Source of the DNA: an uncultured Planctomycetaceae bacterium
Lineage (GTDB): Bacteria > Planctomycetota > Planctomycetia > Planctomycetales > Planctomycetaceae
Direction: 5' to 3'
NCBI GenBank assembly: GCA_963976765.1
Contig: CAXBME010000005.1
Location: 186,001-250,000 of the forward strand
Length of the DNA stretch: 64,000 nucleotides
Positions 20,201 through 29,977 of this stretch are shown here, piece after piece. The number at the start of each line of letters is the position of its first letter. The stretch's first letter is position 1. The position numbers and the translations under genes were made by a program. The notes under the pieces are model-generated. The model ran no database searches. It saw only the letters and a list, made by a program, of their open reading frames with translations, and was not told the origin of the DNA.

Positions 20201-23200
20201 AGGGCGGAGCAGCAGTTGAAAGCCGCCGCTCCGGGGCAGTACCGGCTGTCTTATCGAGTGACCGATTCGGCCGACCACTCAATCGAGGGCGGATACATGT
20301 TCGTCGTGACTGGTGAGCACTTCACCGGTCGTGAATTCCGTTTCAACGATCTTGAGCTGATCACCGACAAACGCGAATACCGCCCTGGTGACACCGTTCG
20401 GCTGATGGTTAATACGGAACGTGCCGACTCGAGCGTACTGCTGTTCCTTCGTCCTTCCAACGGAGTTTACCTGCCGCCGACGCTGCTGAGGCTGACCGGC
20501 AAGAGTACGGTCCACGAATTCGCCGTCGTGAAGAAGGACATGCCGAACTTTTTCATCGAGGCGCTGACTGTTTCGGACGCGAAAGTTCACACGATTGCTC
20601 GCGAGGTCGTCGTTCCGCCGGAAAAGCGAATCCTGAATGTCGAGGTCGAACCATCTAATGAACGCTTCAAACCGGGTGAAGAGGCAACCGTTTCTGTACG
20701 TTTGACCGATCACGCTGGTGAGCCGTTTGTCGGCTCGACGGTGCTGAGTGTTTACGACAAAAGTGTGGAGTACATCTCCGGCGGCTCCAACGTGCCCGAG
20801 ATTCGCGAGTTCTTCTGGAAGTGGCGGCGAAGTCACAACCCGAACACTCACTCCAGCCTGAATCGTTGGTCCGGCAACCTGATCAAATCAGGCGAGTTGT
20901 CGATGAACAACCTTGGCATTTTCGGCGACAACATTGTCGAAGAATTGGAAGAGCTGTCCTCGATGCGGGGGCTGCAAAGAGAGTCAAGGCGATCTGCCGT
21001 TTTTAAGAGCAACGCGGCGAAGTCATTTGGCTTTGCCGATGCCATGCCGATGGCAGCAGGCGCTCTGACGCTGGAGAGGACAGCCGCGGACTCCGGCATG
21101 GAAAGCGCCGAAGGCGGTTCCGTCGAAAACAGTAACGTTGAACCCTCGGTTCGAACTAACTTTGCTGACACTGCATTTTGGGCTGCCGCAATTTCGACGG
21201 ACGAAAACGGTCATGCGCAGGTGAGGTTTCCGATGCCCGAAAGTCTGACGGGTTGGAAAGTTCGAGTCTGGGGTATGGGCCACGGAACTCGCGTTGGCGA
21301 GGGGACGGCGGAAGTCGTTACCGCGAAAGACTTGCTGATCCGCTTGCAGGCTCCACGATTCTTTGTTGAGAAAGATGAAGTCGTGCTTTCGGCGAACGTT
21401 CATAACTACCTCGCGGCGGATAAAGAAGTTCGAGTCGTACTCGAACTGGAAGGCGACACGCTGACGACGATGAACGACGACGCGACTCAGACTGTCATGG
21501 TTACGGCCAACGGCGAACGAAGAATCGACTGGCGAGTCAAAGTGACGGGCGAAGGAGAAGCTACCGTCCGGATGAAGGCTCTTACTGACGAAGAGTCAGA
21601 CGCGATGCAGATGAGTTTCCCCTGTTTCGTGCATGGCATGTTGAAGACCGAGTCGTTCTCGGGCGTCGTTCGTGCGACCAGAGTGGGAATGGACTCACAG
21701 CAGATCAGAATCAGCGTGCCGGAAGAACGCCGGCCCGAGCAGACTCGGCTGGAATTACGTTACTCGCCGACACTGGCCGGTGCGATGGTTGACGCGCTGC
21801 CGTACCTCGTTGAGTACCCCTACGGCTGCACCGAACAAACGCTGAATCGATTTATTCCAACGGTGATTACTCAGCGGATTCTGCAGAAGATGAATCTCGA
21901 CCTGGCAGACATTCGCGACAAACGAACAAACCTTAACGCCCAGGAAATCGGCAACGACGTAGAGCGCGCGAAACGCTGGAAGTCGTTTGAACCGAACCCT
22001 GTCTTCGACGAAGACGAAGTCGTGCGAATGGTCAAGCAGGGCGTTGAACGACTGACGTCGATGCAGCTTTCAGACGGCGGCTGGGGATGGTTCTCCGGCT
22101 GGGGCGAACGCTCGTGGCCGCACACGACGGCGGTTGTCGTGCATGGCCTTCAAACGGCCACGAAGAACGACGTCGCACTGGTGCCTGGAGTGCTCGACCG
22201 CGGCGTCGCCTGGCTACAGAAGTACCAGAACGAGCAGGTTCAGTATCTGAAGAATGCTTTAATTGAGGATGTTGAGCAGCGACGCAAGCTGCGTACAAAA
22301 TCGCATGTCGACAATCTGGACGCCTTCGTGTTCATGGTTCTGAGCGATGCCGGACAGACCAATCAGGAGATGCGAGACTTCCTTTACCGCGACCGTACTC
22401 ACCTTTCGGTCTACGGGAAGGCCGTTTACGGGCTGGCTTTGCATTCACAGGGGCAAGTTGAAAAGCTCAACATGATTCTGCAGAACATTGAACAGTTTGT
22501 CGTTGAGGATGCCGAGAACCAGACCGCTTATCTCAAGCTGCCAGACGGAAATGCCTGGTGGTACTGGTGGGGCAGCGACCTCGAAGCTAACGCCTGGTAT
22601 CTGAAGCTGCTCGCCAGAACGGCTCCCAAAAGCGACCGGGCCGCCGGACTGGTGAAGTACGTTCTCAACAACCGCCGTCACGGTACTTATTGGAGAAGCA
22701 CTCGCGACACCGCGTACTGCATCGAGGCACTCGCTGATTACTTAACCGCCAGCGGCGAGGATCGGCCGGACATGACGATCGAAATTCTGGTCGACGGAAA
22801 GGTGCACAAGTCAGTAAAAGTCGACTCGTCCAACCTGTTCAACTTCGACAACAAACTGATTCTGGAAGGCGATGCCGTAAGTTCTGGTGAGCACGTCGTT
22901 GAAGTGCGGCGTTCGGGGAAAGGCCCGGTCTACTTCAACGCTTACCTGACGAACTTCACGCTCGAAGACTTCATCACGAAGGCTGGGCTCGAAGTGAAGG
23001 TCGACCGAAGTTACTACCTGTTGAAGCAAGTCGACAAAGAAACGAAGGTGGCCGGTGCTCGCGGGCAGGTTGTCGATCAGAAGGTTGAAAAGTTCGAGCG
23101 AACGAAACTGGAAAACCTCGACACTCTAAAAAGCGGCGACGTCGTGGAAGTTGAACTCGAAATCGAAAGTAAGAACGACTACGAGTACCTCGTCTTTGAA

Positions 23201-23461
23201 GACATGAAGGGAGCTGGGTTCGAGCCTGTCGAAGTCCGCAGTGGCTACAACGGCAACGAAATGGGAGCCTACGTCGAGTATCGCGATGAGAAAGTCGCGT
23301 TGTTCGTGCGGTGGCTCCCTCGCGGAAAGCACTCATTGAGCTATCGTCTGCGTGCTGAAATTCCTGGTAAGTTCAGTGCTCTGCCGACGCGAGCAGAAGC
23401 GATGTACGCGCCAGAGCTGAAAGCCAACTCGGACGAAATAAAGCTGACCATCGAAGACTGA
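17297..23461 (+). CDS. Bacterial alpha-2-macroglobulin family protein
   Basis: TDRPVYRP, FRVEEYKKPEFEV, VRTNFADTAFW, thioester YPYGCTEQ, AEAMYAPE. Confidence 0.95.
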   Translation: MRIPGWRHTRSILCSLSLVLTGVLLMSSFMNAADDIDYEALRRSTTSEMQKGNFKVAYESFRKLTLDPDNEPLRVGHDLYQAVNCLNRLGRTQEFDELIEAAIKVHSGNWRVLRSASQSYRSINHTGVIVGGEFQRGHNRGGGRYANAYERDRVRSLQLLDQARKLAADESANERGQLLHEYASAIQSGLGSLNSWRLQILTDLSTLPDLDENYWQGYRNEGAPVGADGNPVLHRIPLTFEAAGSDGERWRWLLAEVERLQPTRRAEMLSLYSNFLYNQFGVQTMAQFRWMRNGFQPDEEQDESGTFALHTLSDDETIARLATGVRRFKLPKDHNFIELNKEISAMAKTGPGENARDQLARIYENRRQYTKAAEAWRTAIRDCGPGRNNSREKSLAQIVDVWGRFEPSQIQPSGRGAVVDFRFRNGTSVEFEAFPIKIEDLLQDVKVHLKSNPQRLDGNKLNIQNIGHRIVSQSETKYVGQRVANWTVALKPRPNHVDDRITVTTPLQQPGAYLLKAKMNDGNVSQIIIWVDDTVIVRKPLDNKLFYYVADATTGEPVAKANVEFFGWQSHYEQQGRKHTVITRNFAEFSDVDGQLSIDAQNDKQNFQWLITARSNEGRLAFLGFDRVWFSGRYDEEYSQRKVFLITDRPVYRPEQKVQFKFWVRHSQYDKEDVSQFAGQSFNVVCANPQSEHVFTQTVKADEYGGLSGEFELADEAGLGVYQLYLENYGGGSFRVEEYKKPEFEVTIAAPEEPVQLGEKITATINAKYYFGAPVTNARVKYKVLRTSHDSRWLPPGEWDWFYGRGYWWFGYDYDWYPGWKHWGCRAPIAWWWPRANDPPEIVAEAEVDISEDGTVKVEIDTALAKEIHSDQDHRYEITAEVVDESRRTIVGKGEVLVARKPFQVFAWVNRGHYRTGDDVQASFQAHTLDQKPVQGKGELTLYSIDYKDGEPKENVVEQWALDTSEQGRAEQQLKAAAPGQYRLSYRVTDSADHSIEGGYMFVVTGEHFTGREFRFNDLELITDKREYRPGDTVRLMVNTERADSSVLLFLRPSNGVYLPPTLLRLTGKSTVHEFAVVKKDMPNFFIEALTVSDAKVHTIAREVVVPPEKRILNVEVEPSNERFKPGEEATVSVRLTDHAGEPFVGSTVLSVYDKSVEYISGGSNVPEIREFFWKWRRSHNPNTHSSLNRWSGNLIKSGELSMNNLGIFGDNIVEELEELSSMRGLQRESRRSAVFKSNAAKSFGFADAMPMAAGALTLERTAADSGMESAEGGSVENSNVEPSVRTNFADTAFWAAAISTDENGHAQVRFPMPESLTGWKVRVWGMGHGTRVGEGTAEVVTAKDLLIRLQAPRFFVEKDEVVLSANVHNYLAADKEVRVVLELEGDTLTTMNDDATQTVMVTANGERRIDWRVKVTGEGEATVRMKALTDEESDAMQMSFPCFVHGMLKTESFSGVVRATRVGMDSQQIRISVPEERRPEQTRLELRYSPTLAGAMVDALPYLVEYPYGCTEQTLNRFIPTVITQRILQKMNLDLADIRDKRTNLNAQEIGNDVERAKRWKSFEPNPVFDEDEVVRMVKQGVERLTSMQLSDGGWGWFSGWGERSWPHTTAVVVHGLQTATKNDVALVPGVLDRGVAWLQKYQNEQVQYLKNALIEDVEQRRKLRTKSHVDNLDAFVFMVLSDAGQTNQEMRDFLYRDRTHLSVYGKAVYGLALHSQGQVEKLNMILQNIEQFVVEDAENQTAYLKLPDGNAWWYWWGSDLEANAWYLKLLARTAPKSDRAAGLVKYVLNNRRHGTYWRSTRDTAYCIEALADYLTASGEDRPDMTIEILVDGKVHKSVKVDSSNLFNFDNKLILEGDAVSSGEHVVEVRRSGKGPVYFNAYLTNFTLEDFITKAGLEVKVDRSYYLLKQVDKETKVAGARGQVVDQKVEKFERTKLENLDTLKSGDVVEVELEIESKNDYEYLVFEDMKGAGFEPVEVRSGYNGNEMGAYVEYRDEKVALFVRWLPRGKHSLSYRLRAEIPGKFSALPTRAEAMYAPELKANSDEIKLTIED

Positions 23462-23553
23462 CAGTCGTCAGGTCACTGTCGCTGAGGAAGCGTTCCCGTC
23501 TAGGATCTGCCACTGACTTCATTGTCCGTGCGATTCCTGTCGGAGCTTCCGAG

Positions 23554-25650
23554 ATGCAACACCTCATTCGCTGTCTGGCCTTCAGTGCGATTGTCGCTTC
23601 TGGCGTCACGTTTGTTTTTGCTGAGGAGCCGCCTGCACGCGATACCAGCCGTGGTGATGCGATGATCGCTCGGTATTTTGAGGCTCAAACAGCGAAGCTC
23701 GCCGCGGCGTCGCTAACGAAATACCAGTCGAAAGAGGACTGGGAGAAAGACAAGGCCACGCATCGCGAGCACCTGTTCGAGATGCTGGGTCTGGACCCAT
23801 TGCCGGAGAAGACTCCACTTCAGCCGGTGATCGCAGGCACGGTCGAGCACGAAGATATCGTTGTTGAACGAGTGCATTTTCAGTCTCGCCCAGGGTTGTA
23901 CGTCACCGGCAACTTCTATCGACCCAAAGATCAGAGTGGCCCACTGCCGGCGATTCTCTACGTGTGCGGGCATGGCGGCGTCAAGAAGGACGGCATCAGC
24001 TTCGGAAACAAAACCCACTACCAGCATCACGGAGCGTGGTTCGCTCGCAACGGTTATGTTTGCCTGACGATCGACACGGTGCAGCTCGGTGAGATCGAGG
24101 GGATTCATCATGGCACCTACCGACACGGTCGGTGGTGGTGGAACTCGCGCGGGTACACGCCGGCGGGAGTCGAAGCCTGGAACTGCATCCGCTCGCTAGA
24201 TTACCTGCAGACTCGCAGTGAAGTCGACGGCGAACGAATCGGCGTCACCGGTCGATCAGGCGGAGGTGCATACTCGTGGTGGATCGCGGCACTCGATGAG
24301 CGGATCAAATGTGCGGTCCCTGTTGCTGGTATCACGAACCTGCAGAATCACGTCGTCGATGGCTGTGTCGAAGGGCATTGCGACTGCATGTTTATGGTCA
24401 ATACTTACCGCTGGGACTACGCCCAGGTGGCAGCTCTGGTCGCTCCTCGACCGCTGCTGATTTCGAACACGGACAAGGATCGGATCTTCCCGCTCGACGG
24501 GGTCGTAGATGTTTATTCGAAGATTCGCCGCATCTACGAACTTTACGACTTGCGGGATCACATCGGTCTTCAGATTACAGAAGGGCCGCACAAGGATACG
24601 CAGGAACTGCGTATTCACGCATTCCACTGGTTCAATCGATTTCTCAAAGGCAAGGACCCGCTGATTGAAACCGCAGCCGTCAAGCTGTTCAAACCGGAGC
24701 AACTGCGTGTGTTCGGCGACCTGCCGAAAGACGAACTCAACACAACGATCGACGAGTCATTCATCGCCGCCGCGAATCTGCCCGAATCGTCCGAATTGAA
24801 AATCGATGAGAAACACACCGCGGAGTATTGCCGGAGGTTGAAAGAATTGAGCTTTCGTGGCTGGCCTGTCGAGGATCAGTCATTGAAGAGTCAATCAGCT
24901 TTTGTGGCGGAAGATGACGGGGTCAACCTATCGGCGATCAACTTCAGCCCGGAGCCGAACATTGACCTGACTCTTTTTGTACTTCGTGCCTCAAACGTTA
25001 AGCCGGAAGCATTGAAACTATCGGTTCTCAACGTCCTGGATGAGCAGGGCTGGTCCGAGTTTCTGGCGACTATTCGAGTTGGCTTCGCATCAGCGTTCAA
25101 TAACGAAGTCGCTGGTGAGGAGGACGCAGAGGGCTGGTCATCACTGAAGAGTCTGCTGAGTACCAGCCCCTGGGGGATGGTGTACGTTTGCCCGCGAGGT
25201 GTTGGCCCAACTGCATGGAATCAGAGCGAGCGGAAACAAACTCACCACCGCCGCCGATTCATGCTGCTGGGGCAGACGCTCGATGGGATGCGGGTCTGGG
25301 ACGTGCGATGCGCGCTGCGGACACTGCAGAATGCACCCGGTTACGAGAAAGTCGCAGTCTGGTGTCAGGCAGAGCGTGAGATGTCCGGTATTGCACTTTA
25401 CGCAACGCTGTTTGAACGCAACACGGTTAAGCGACTGGATCTGTACGACCTGTCGGAGTCACATCGGAATGGACCGACCTTCCTGAATGTACTCCGTCAG
25501 ACAGATGTTCCACTGACCGTTGCCTGCGCCTCGCAACAAACGAAGGTCGTCATTTACGACAACGATGCCGGGAAGTGGGCGTACTCGGCTGCGATTGTTG
25601 GTCGTCACCCTGCGTTAGAGGGCGGGCTTTCGGTCAGAAAACTCCCTTGA
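23554..25650 (+). CDS. Secreted alpha/beta-hydrolase (acetylxylan-esterase/S9-like), two-domain
   Basis: Signal peptide; PAILYVCGH; nucleophile elbow GRSGGG; ALVAPRPLLI. Confidence 0.85.
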   Translation: MQHLIRCLAFSAIVASGVTFVFAEEPPARDTSRGDAMIARYFEAQTAKLAAASLTKYQSKEDWEKDKATHREHLFEMLGLDPLPEKTPLQPVIAGTVEHEDIVVERVHFQSRPGLYVTGNFYRPKDQSGPLPAILYVCGHGGVKKDGISFGNKTHYQHHGAWFARNGYVCLTIDTVQLGEIEGIHHGTYRHGRWWWNSRGYTPAGVEAWNCIRSLDYLQTRSEVDGERIGVTGRSGGGAYSWWIAALDERIKCAVPVAGITNLQNHVVDGCVEGHCDCMFMVNTYRWDYAQVAALVAPRPLLISNTDKDRIFPLDGVVDVYSKIRRIYELYDLRDHIGLQITEGPHKDTQELRIHAFHWFNRFLKGKDPLIETAAVKLFKPEQLRVFGDLPKDELNTTIDESFIAAANLPESSELKIDEKHTAEYCRRLKELSFRGWPVEDQSLKSQSAFVAEDDGVNLSAINFSPEPNIDLTLFVLRASNVKPEALKLSVLNVLDEQGWSEFLATIRVGFASAFNNEVAGEEDAEGWSSLKSLLSTSPWGMVYVCPRGVGPTAWNQSERKQTHHRRRFMLLGQTLDGMRVWDVRCALRTLQNAPGYEKVAVWCQAEREMSGIALYATLFERNTVKRLDLYDLSESHRNGPTFLNVLRQTDVPLTVACASQQTKVVIYDNDAGKWAYSAAIVGRHPALEGGLSVRKLP

Positions 25651-25678
25651 GGAATCACTGGCGTGATCGAAGTCCGTA

Positions 25679-28600
25679 TTAAGCAATGATGTCTTCCGGA
25701 TCGGCAAAGACCAGATCGCCGCCAAGTGACGTGATGACACTGTCCACACCGTTGGCCGTGTTGCCGCCGCTGGCCACGTCGATGATGTCCAGACCATCGC
25801 CGCCGTTGACGGTGTCGGCACCGAGTCCGCCGACAATGGTGTCGTTGCCGAGTCCACCGTCGATGGAATCACTGTTGTCGATATTCAAAGCCGCCAATGT
25901 TGTGACAGCGGCTGTAACGTCTGCGTTGGACTCGCCGATCAAACGGTCATTGCCGTCGCCGCCGGAGATCGTGTCCGCTCCCAGACCACCATTAATCAGA
26001 TCGTCGTTATCGCCGCCCGAAAGCGAGTCATTGCCTGCACCACCATTGATGGTGTCGTTTTCTGTGCCACCCGTGATGACGTCATTCTGAGCGCCGCCTG
26101 TCAACGAGTCGTTGCCTGCTCCCCCTGTCAGCATTGATGCTTGCGCGGACGCCAGGAGGATGTCGTCACCACCGGCACCGTTCAGAGTCGACGTCCCGCT
26201 GAATGCGCTGGCGTCAATCGAATTTGCTCCCGCACCGCCGTTCAGAATCCCGCCTTCGATACTGGTTAACGAATCCGTACCTGTGGCGGCACTCGTCAAA
26301 GAAGTGTCGGTCAGCACAAAATCCGTGTCGGCGGATTCTGACACTCGGTCGTCGCCATCTCCTCCGTCCAGCGTATCGTTGCCCGCTCCTCCGGTCAGGA
26401 TGTCTCCGCTGCCGCCGTTACCGTTCAGCATATCGTCGCCCGCTCCTCCGTCGATCGTGTCAGCGCCTGCTGAGCCGCTGATCGTATCGTTGTCTCCTCC
26501 ACCGTTCAGGATGTCATTGCCCGCGTCGCCGAGAATTGTGTCCTGACCGTCTCCACCCAGAATTGAATCGTTATCTTCGCCCCCACGAAGATCGTCAGCA
26601 CCGGCTCCTCCCGTGATTGTGTCGTTACCGGCTCCTCCCGTGATTGTCGCTCCTCCATCGCCGCCCGTCAGTACGTCAGCTCCCCCCCCACCATCGAGTG
26701 TCACCGGGCCGTTAAACCCACTGGCGTCGATATTATTTGCACTGGCTCCTCCAGTCAGTTGCGCCCGCTCGATCTCAATCAGTACGTCAGTCCCGGTAAC
26801 GCTTCCAGTGAGTGTGCCTTCGCCAGCCACCAACCCGCTGACCAGAGTGAAGTCTCCATCTGCTGATTCAACCAGCGTCGAAGGTCCTGGCCCGCCATCG
26901 AGAGTGTCGTCGCCCGCTCCGCCGGACACCGTGTCGTCGCTTGCTCCCTGCCCGCGGACCATGTCGTTCCCGTCACCGCCGACCAGCGAATCGGCCTCAG
27001 AACCACCCATCAACGTGTCGTCACCGGCGTTGCCAAACGCAGTATCATCTCCAGCGTTTCCATTGACGATGTCGTTGCCGTCTCCGCCGATCATGGAATC
27101 GGCATCAGCATTGCCCATCAGTGTGTCGTCGCCGCCACTCCCAAAGATCGTATCCGCTCCAATGCCTCCGAAGATCTCATCATCGCCGTCGACAGCTACT
27201 GAAGTACTCGACGGAATAATGCTGTAGACGACACTGTTCACAACAACAAGATTACCGTTGCCACTGGCTGGCGTGTCTGAAAGTGGAGTGTCTGTCAATG
27301 CTCCATTACCAGTCGCTGCAGTGATGTTAAATATATTCAGAGCAGCAATGAGATCAGGAACTGTCATGTCGAGAACGTTCCCGAACACGACGTGAGGGAC
27401 CGTATCCAGATTGTTGAGGCCAGAACCATCGTTATCGACCAGATTGACAAACCATTGACTCGTGAAGGTGTTGATGTTGCCACCCTGCTGAGCCGTACTG
27501 ATTGTTCCTCGTACGTTGGACCGATTTCCGAGTGCATTCCCCTCGTTGAAGATCGGAGGGTCGGTCGGCACAGCGGAAATCACTGTCGTGCCCTGGACGA
27601 AGCTTTCCTGCGAGGTCGTGAACCCGCCTCCCTGAATGACGAACCCGGGAATGGACCGATGAATTATTGAGTTGAGGTAGTCGTCGTCCGTAACGTAGTT
27701 CAGGAAACTGGCAACAGTATTCGGGGCCAGATCAGCGAACAGCTCAATCGGAATATTGCCGAAGTTTGTCTCGAACACGACCATCGGATTGGCGACTCCG
27801 CCAACGATGGTATCTGCTCCGCCAGTTCCCGATGCGGAGTCTTCTCCGCGAATTAAGTCTGAGCCCAGGCCCCCACTGATAAGGTCGGCGAAATTCGACC
27901 CCGTGATCGTATCCGCGCCATCTCCGCCATCAATAACCAGTCCAACGGACGATGCGGTGGCATCAATCGTGTCAGTTCCGGCCATCCCCGACACGCTTAG
28001 CGATCCCGTCAGCAGGCTGTCAGCGGCGGTAATTGTGATCGAATCATTGCCATTGTTGCCGTTGATTTTCAGAGACGATGCCGTCGCCACAGAGAATAAT
28101 GTGTCTTCGAAATTGCTCCCAGCAAGCTGCATGATCCCGTCACTGCCCGTTCCTGAATCCTGGAGTACGGCGTCAGAATTACTTCCTGCTGGCAGATTGA
28201 AGACTGCATTTGTGGTCGTTCCATCATTCGAGATCGTGTCCAGCCCCGTGTAATCGATGGTGAAATCGACGAGACCATCTCTTAATGTCACGTTGCCACT
28301 TTTAACACTGATGTAATTGTAGGTTTGAGTGACAAATCGATTACCGACATTTGTCAATGTCAGCGCTGCACTACCAACAGCAACAACGCCATTAGCGAGG
28401 CCTCCACTGTCTGAAACCAGTTCAGAGCCATCACCTTGAGCGAGTGCGCTGACAATTAGACTGGCCGCACCATCAGCGTTGATCGCTGCTGCAACATCTG
28501 CAGCCGTCGACGTAATATTTCCGGCAGAGTCAGTTGCCAGGCTTACGGTGATATCCGGGTCGTTAGCCGTACCGGCAACGACCACGGTTAATACCTGGTT

Positions 28601-29875
28601 GGCGGCCGCTGGGTCGCTGAATTCTACGCGAACTGTTCCAATACCTGGGTCAGGACGCACGTCAGTAAATGAAACGTCGCTGTTTGCACGATCGTTACCG
28701 TCAGCAAACAGTTGAGGGCCACTCGAATCCTCGACAAGTGTTGTCCCGTTTGTGTCGCCAGACGCGCTAAGGAATTCCGCCGCCCCTCCTGGCGTTCCGT
28801 CTGCTGCAATCGCGGCTACGACATCTGCGAGCGTTGCACCTGGTGCAATATCGACTGATACAATGATATTCCCACTGGCATCGGTGAAAGCAGTGGCGGA
28901 TGTCACGCCAGCAGAGTTCACGTCAATAGACAGTGTTCCGCCCAGCGATGCAAATGTGCCAGCGTCGGCCGTCGCTCGATTGTCTGTGAATGTCACCGTT
29001 TCGCCGTCAACACCACCGGTTAGACTTGCAGGGGCAGCCACCTCTACGAAACCGACTGACGAATTGTTAGACACCGAAACCAGTGAATTAGCCATACCAT
29101 TTGCGGCGATCGCTGCTTGGATATCGGCGAAGGTTGCTATTGAGTTTGTCCCGTCGTCAGAAAGGTCAATTTCTATGTTCGTGTTTCCGCCCATGTCCGT
29201 CGTCACAGCGGAAACAAACGAGTTGCTATTCGAATTGGTCGAATTGACGAACGACACAGACAGTGTTCCCTGACCGATTGTCGCATCAGTCCCTTGAGTT
29301 GGCGTTCCCCGCAAGTCAGTAAAAGTAATTGCTCCACTTGCTGAGGCTGGAACAACCAGCGAATTCTTAATCGCATTTGTATTCAGGTCGAACGTAGCTG
29401 CTATTGCGTCTTCAGCGATGATCAGGCCGTTCGTGGAGTTGAAGGTCACACCGTCAGTCTGAATCGGGTTCCCCGCCACGAAATCCAAGGCCAGCGTGTT
29501 GTCGTTGCTGCCCAGATTGAACGTTGTTTCCGTTACGGAGTTAACCGGAACGGAAACAGTATTTGCGTCGATGGCGGTCGTGCCAGATCCAGCCGTCAGA
29601 GGAGTCGTCGAGTCGTTGATGATCAAGGACATTCCGTCGCCGGAGAGCCGCACCGTTACGGAATTCACCTCAGAAGCATTGTCGACAACGTTCAACGTTG
29701 TTCCCGTCACTGCCGCTGCAGCCAGGAGAACTCGTTCTTCGAGAAACTCTGAAGCTGCTGAATGTGAGACGGCTCGACGCCGGTGGACGCTACGAATCTG
29801 GCGAATCGCCTTCGATCGTTGCCGCTTTACAACAAGACGTGTCTGCAAGTTCTCTAGCCAGTGACCGAAGCTCAT
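25679..29875 (-). CDS. Large extracellular protein: planctomycete-extracellular motif, cyclophilin-type PPIase domain, RTX Ca-binding repeats
   Basis: SEFLEERVLLA; many GGxGxDxLxG nonapeptides; IELFADLAPNTVASF...HRSIPGFVIQGGG...TSQWFVN...VFG. Confidence 0.9.
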   Translation of the reverse strand: MSFGHWLENLQTRLVVKRQRSKAIRQIRSVHRRRAVSHSAASEFLEERVLLAAAAVTGTTLNVVDNASEVNSVTVRLSGDGMSLIINDSTTPLTAGSGTTAIDANTVSVPVNSVTETTFNLGSNDNTLALDFVAGNPIQTDGVTFNSTNGLIIAEDAIAATFDLNTNAIKNSLVVPASASGAITFTDLRGTPTQGTDATIGQGTLSVSFVNSTNSNSNSFVSAVTTDMGGNTNIEIDLSDDGTNSIATFADIQAAIAANGMANSLVSVSNNSSVGFVEVAAPASLTGGVDGETVTFTDNRATADAGTFASLGGTLSIDVNSAGVTSATAFTDASGNIIVSVDIAPGATLADVVAAIAADGTPGGAAEFLSASGDTNGTTLVEDSSGPQLFADGNDRANSDVSFTDVRPDPGIGTVRVEFSDPAAANQVLTVVVAGTANDPDITVSLATDSAGNITSTAADVAAAINADGAASLIVSALAQGDGSELVSDSGGLANGVVAVGSAALTLTNVGNRFVTQTYNYISVKSGNVTLRDGLVDFTIDYTGLDTISNDGTTTNAVFNLPAGSNSDAVLQDSGTGSDGIMQLAGSNFEDTLFSVATASSLKINGNNGNDSITITAADSLLTGSLSVSGMAGTDTIDATASSVGLVIDGGDGADTITGSNFADLISGGLGSDLIRGEDSASGTGGADTIVGGVANPMVVFETNFGNIPIELFADLAPNTVASFLNYVTDDDYLNSIIHRSIPGFVIQGGGFTTSQESFVQGTTVISAVPTDPPIFNEGNALGNRSNVRGTISTAQQGGNINTFTSQWFVNLVDNDGSGLNNLDTVPHVVFGNVLDMTVPDLIAALNIFNITAATGNGALTDTPLSDTPASGNGNLVVVNSVVYSIIPSSTSVAVDGDDEIFGGIGADTIFGSGGDDTLMGNADADSMIGGDGNDIVNGNAGDDTAFGNAGDDTLMGGSEADSLVGGDGNDMVRGQGASDDTVSGGAGDDTLDGGPGPSTLVESADGDFTLVSGLVAGEGTLTGSVTGTDVLIEIERAQLTGGASANNIDASGFNGPVTLDGGGGADVLTGGDGGATITGGAGNDTITGGAGADDLRGGEDNDSILGGDGQDTILGDAGNDILNGGGDNDTISGSAGADTIDGGAGDDMLNGNGGSGDILTGGAGNDTLDGGDGDDRVSESADTDFVLTDTSLTSAATGTDSLTSIEGGILNGGAGANSIDASAFSGTSTLNGAGGDDILLASAQASMLTGGAGNDSLTGGAQNDVITGGTENDTINGGAGNDSLSGGDNDDLINGGLGADTISGGDGNDRLIGESNADVTAAVTTLAALNIDNSDSIDGGLGNDTIVGGLGADTVNGGDGLDIIDVASGGNTANGVDSVITSLGGDLVFADPEDIIA

Positions 29876-29977
29876 TGCAATCCCTCGCAACAGTTGTGTC
29901 GAAGCCGATACGGCAAAGCCGTGGCCTCGGAGTTTTCGTCCGTGAATGCCGTTTGACGCGTCGTGCGATGCCGTGTG

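Noticed and set aside
25700..27200. Periodic nucleotide repeats as a possible CRISPR array
   Set aside because: They are degenerate coding repeats for RTX nonapeptides, with no identical repeats separated by spacers
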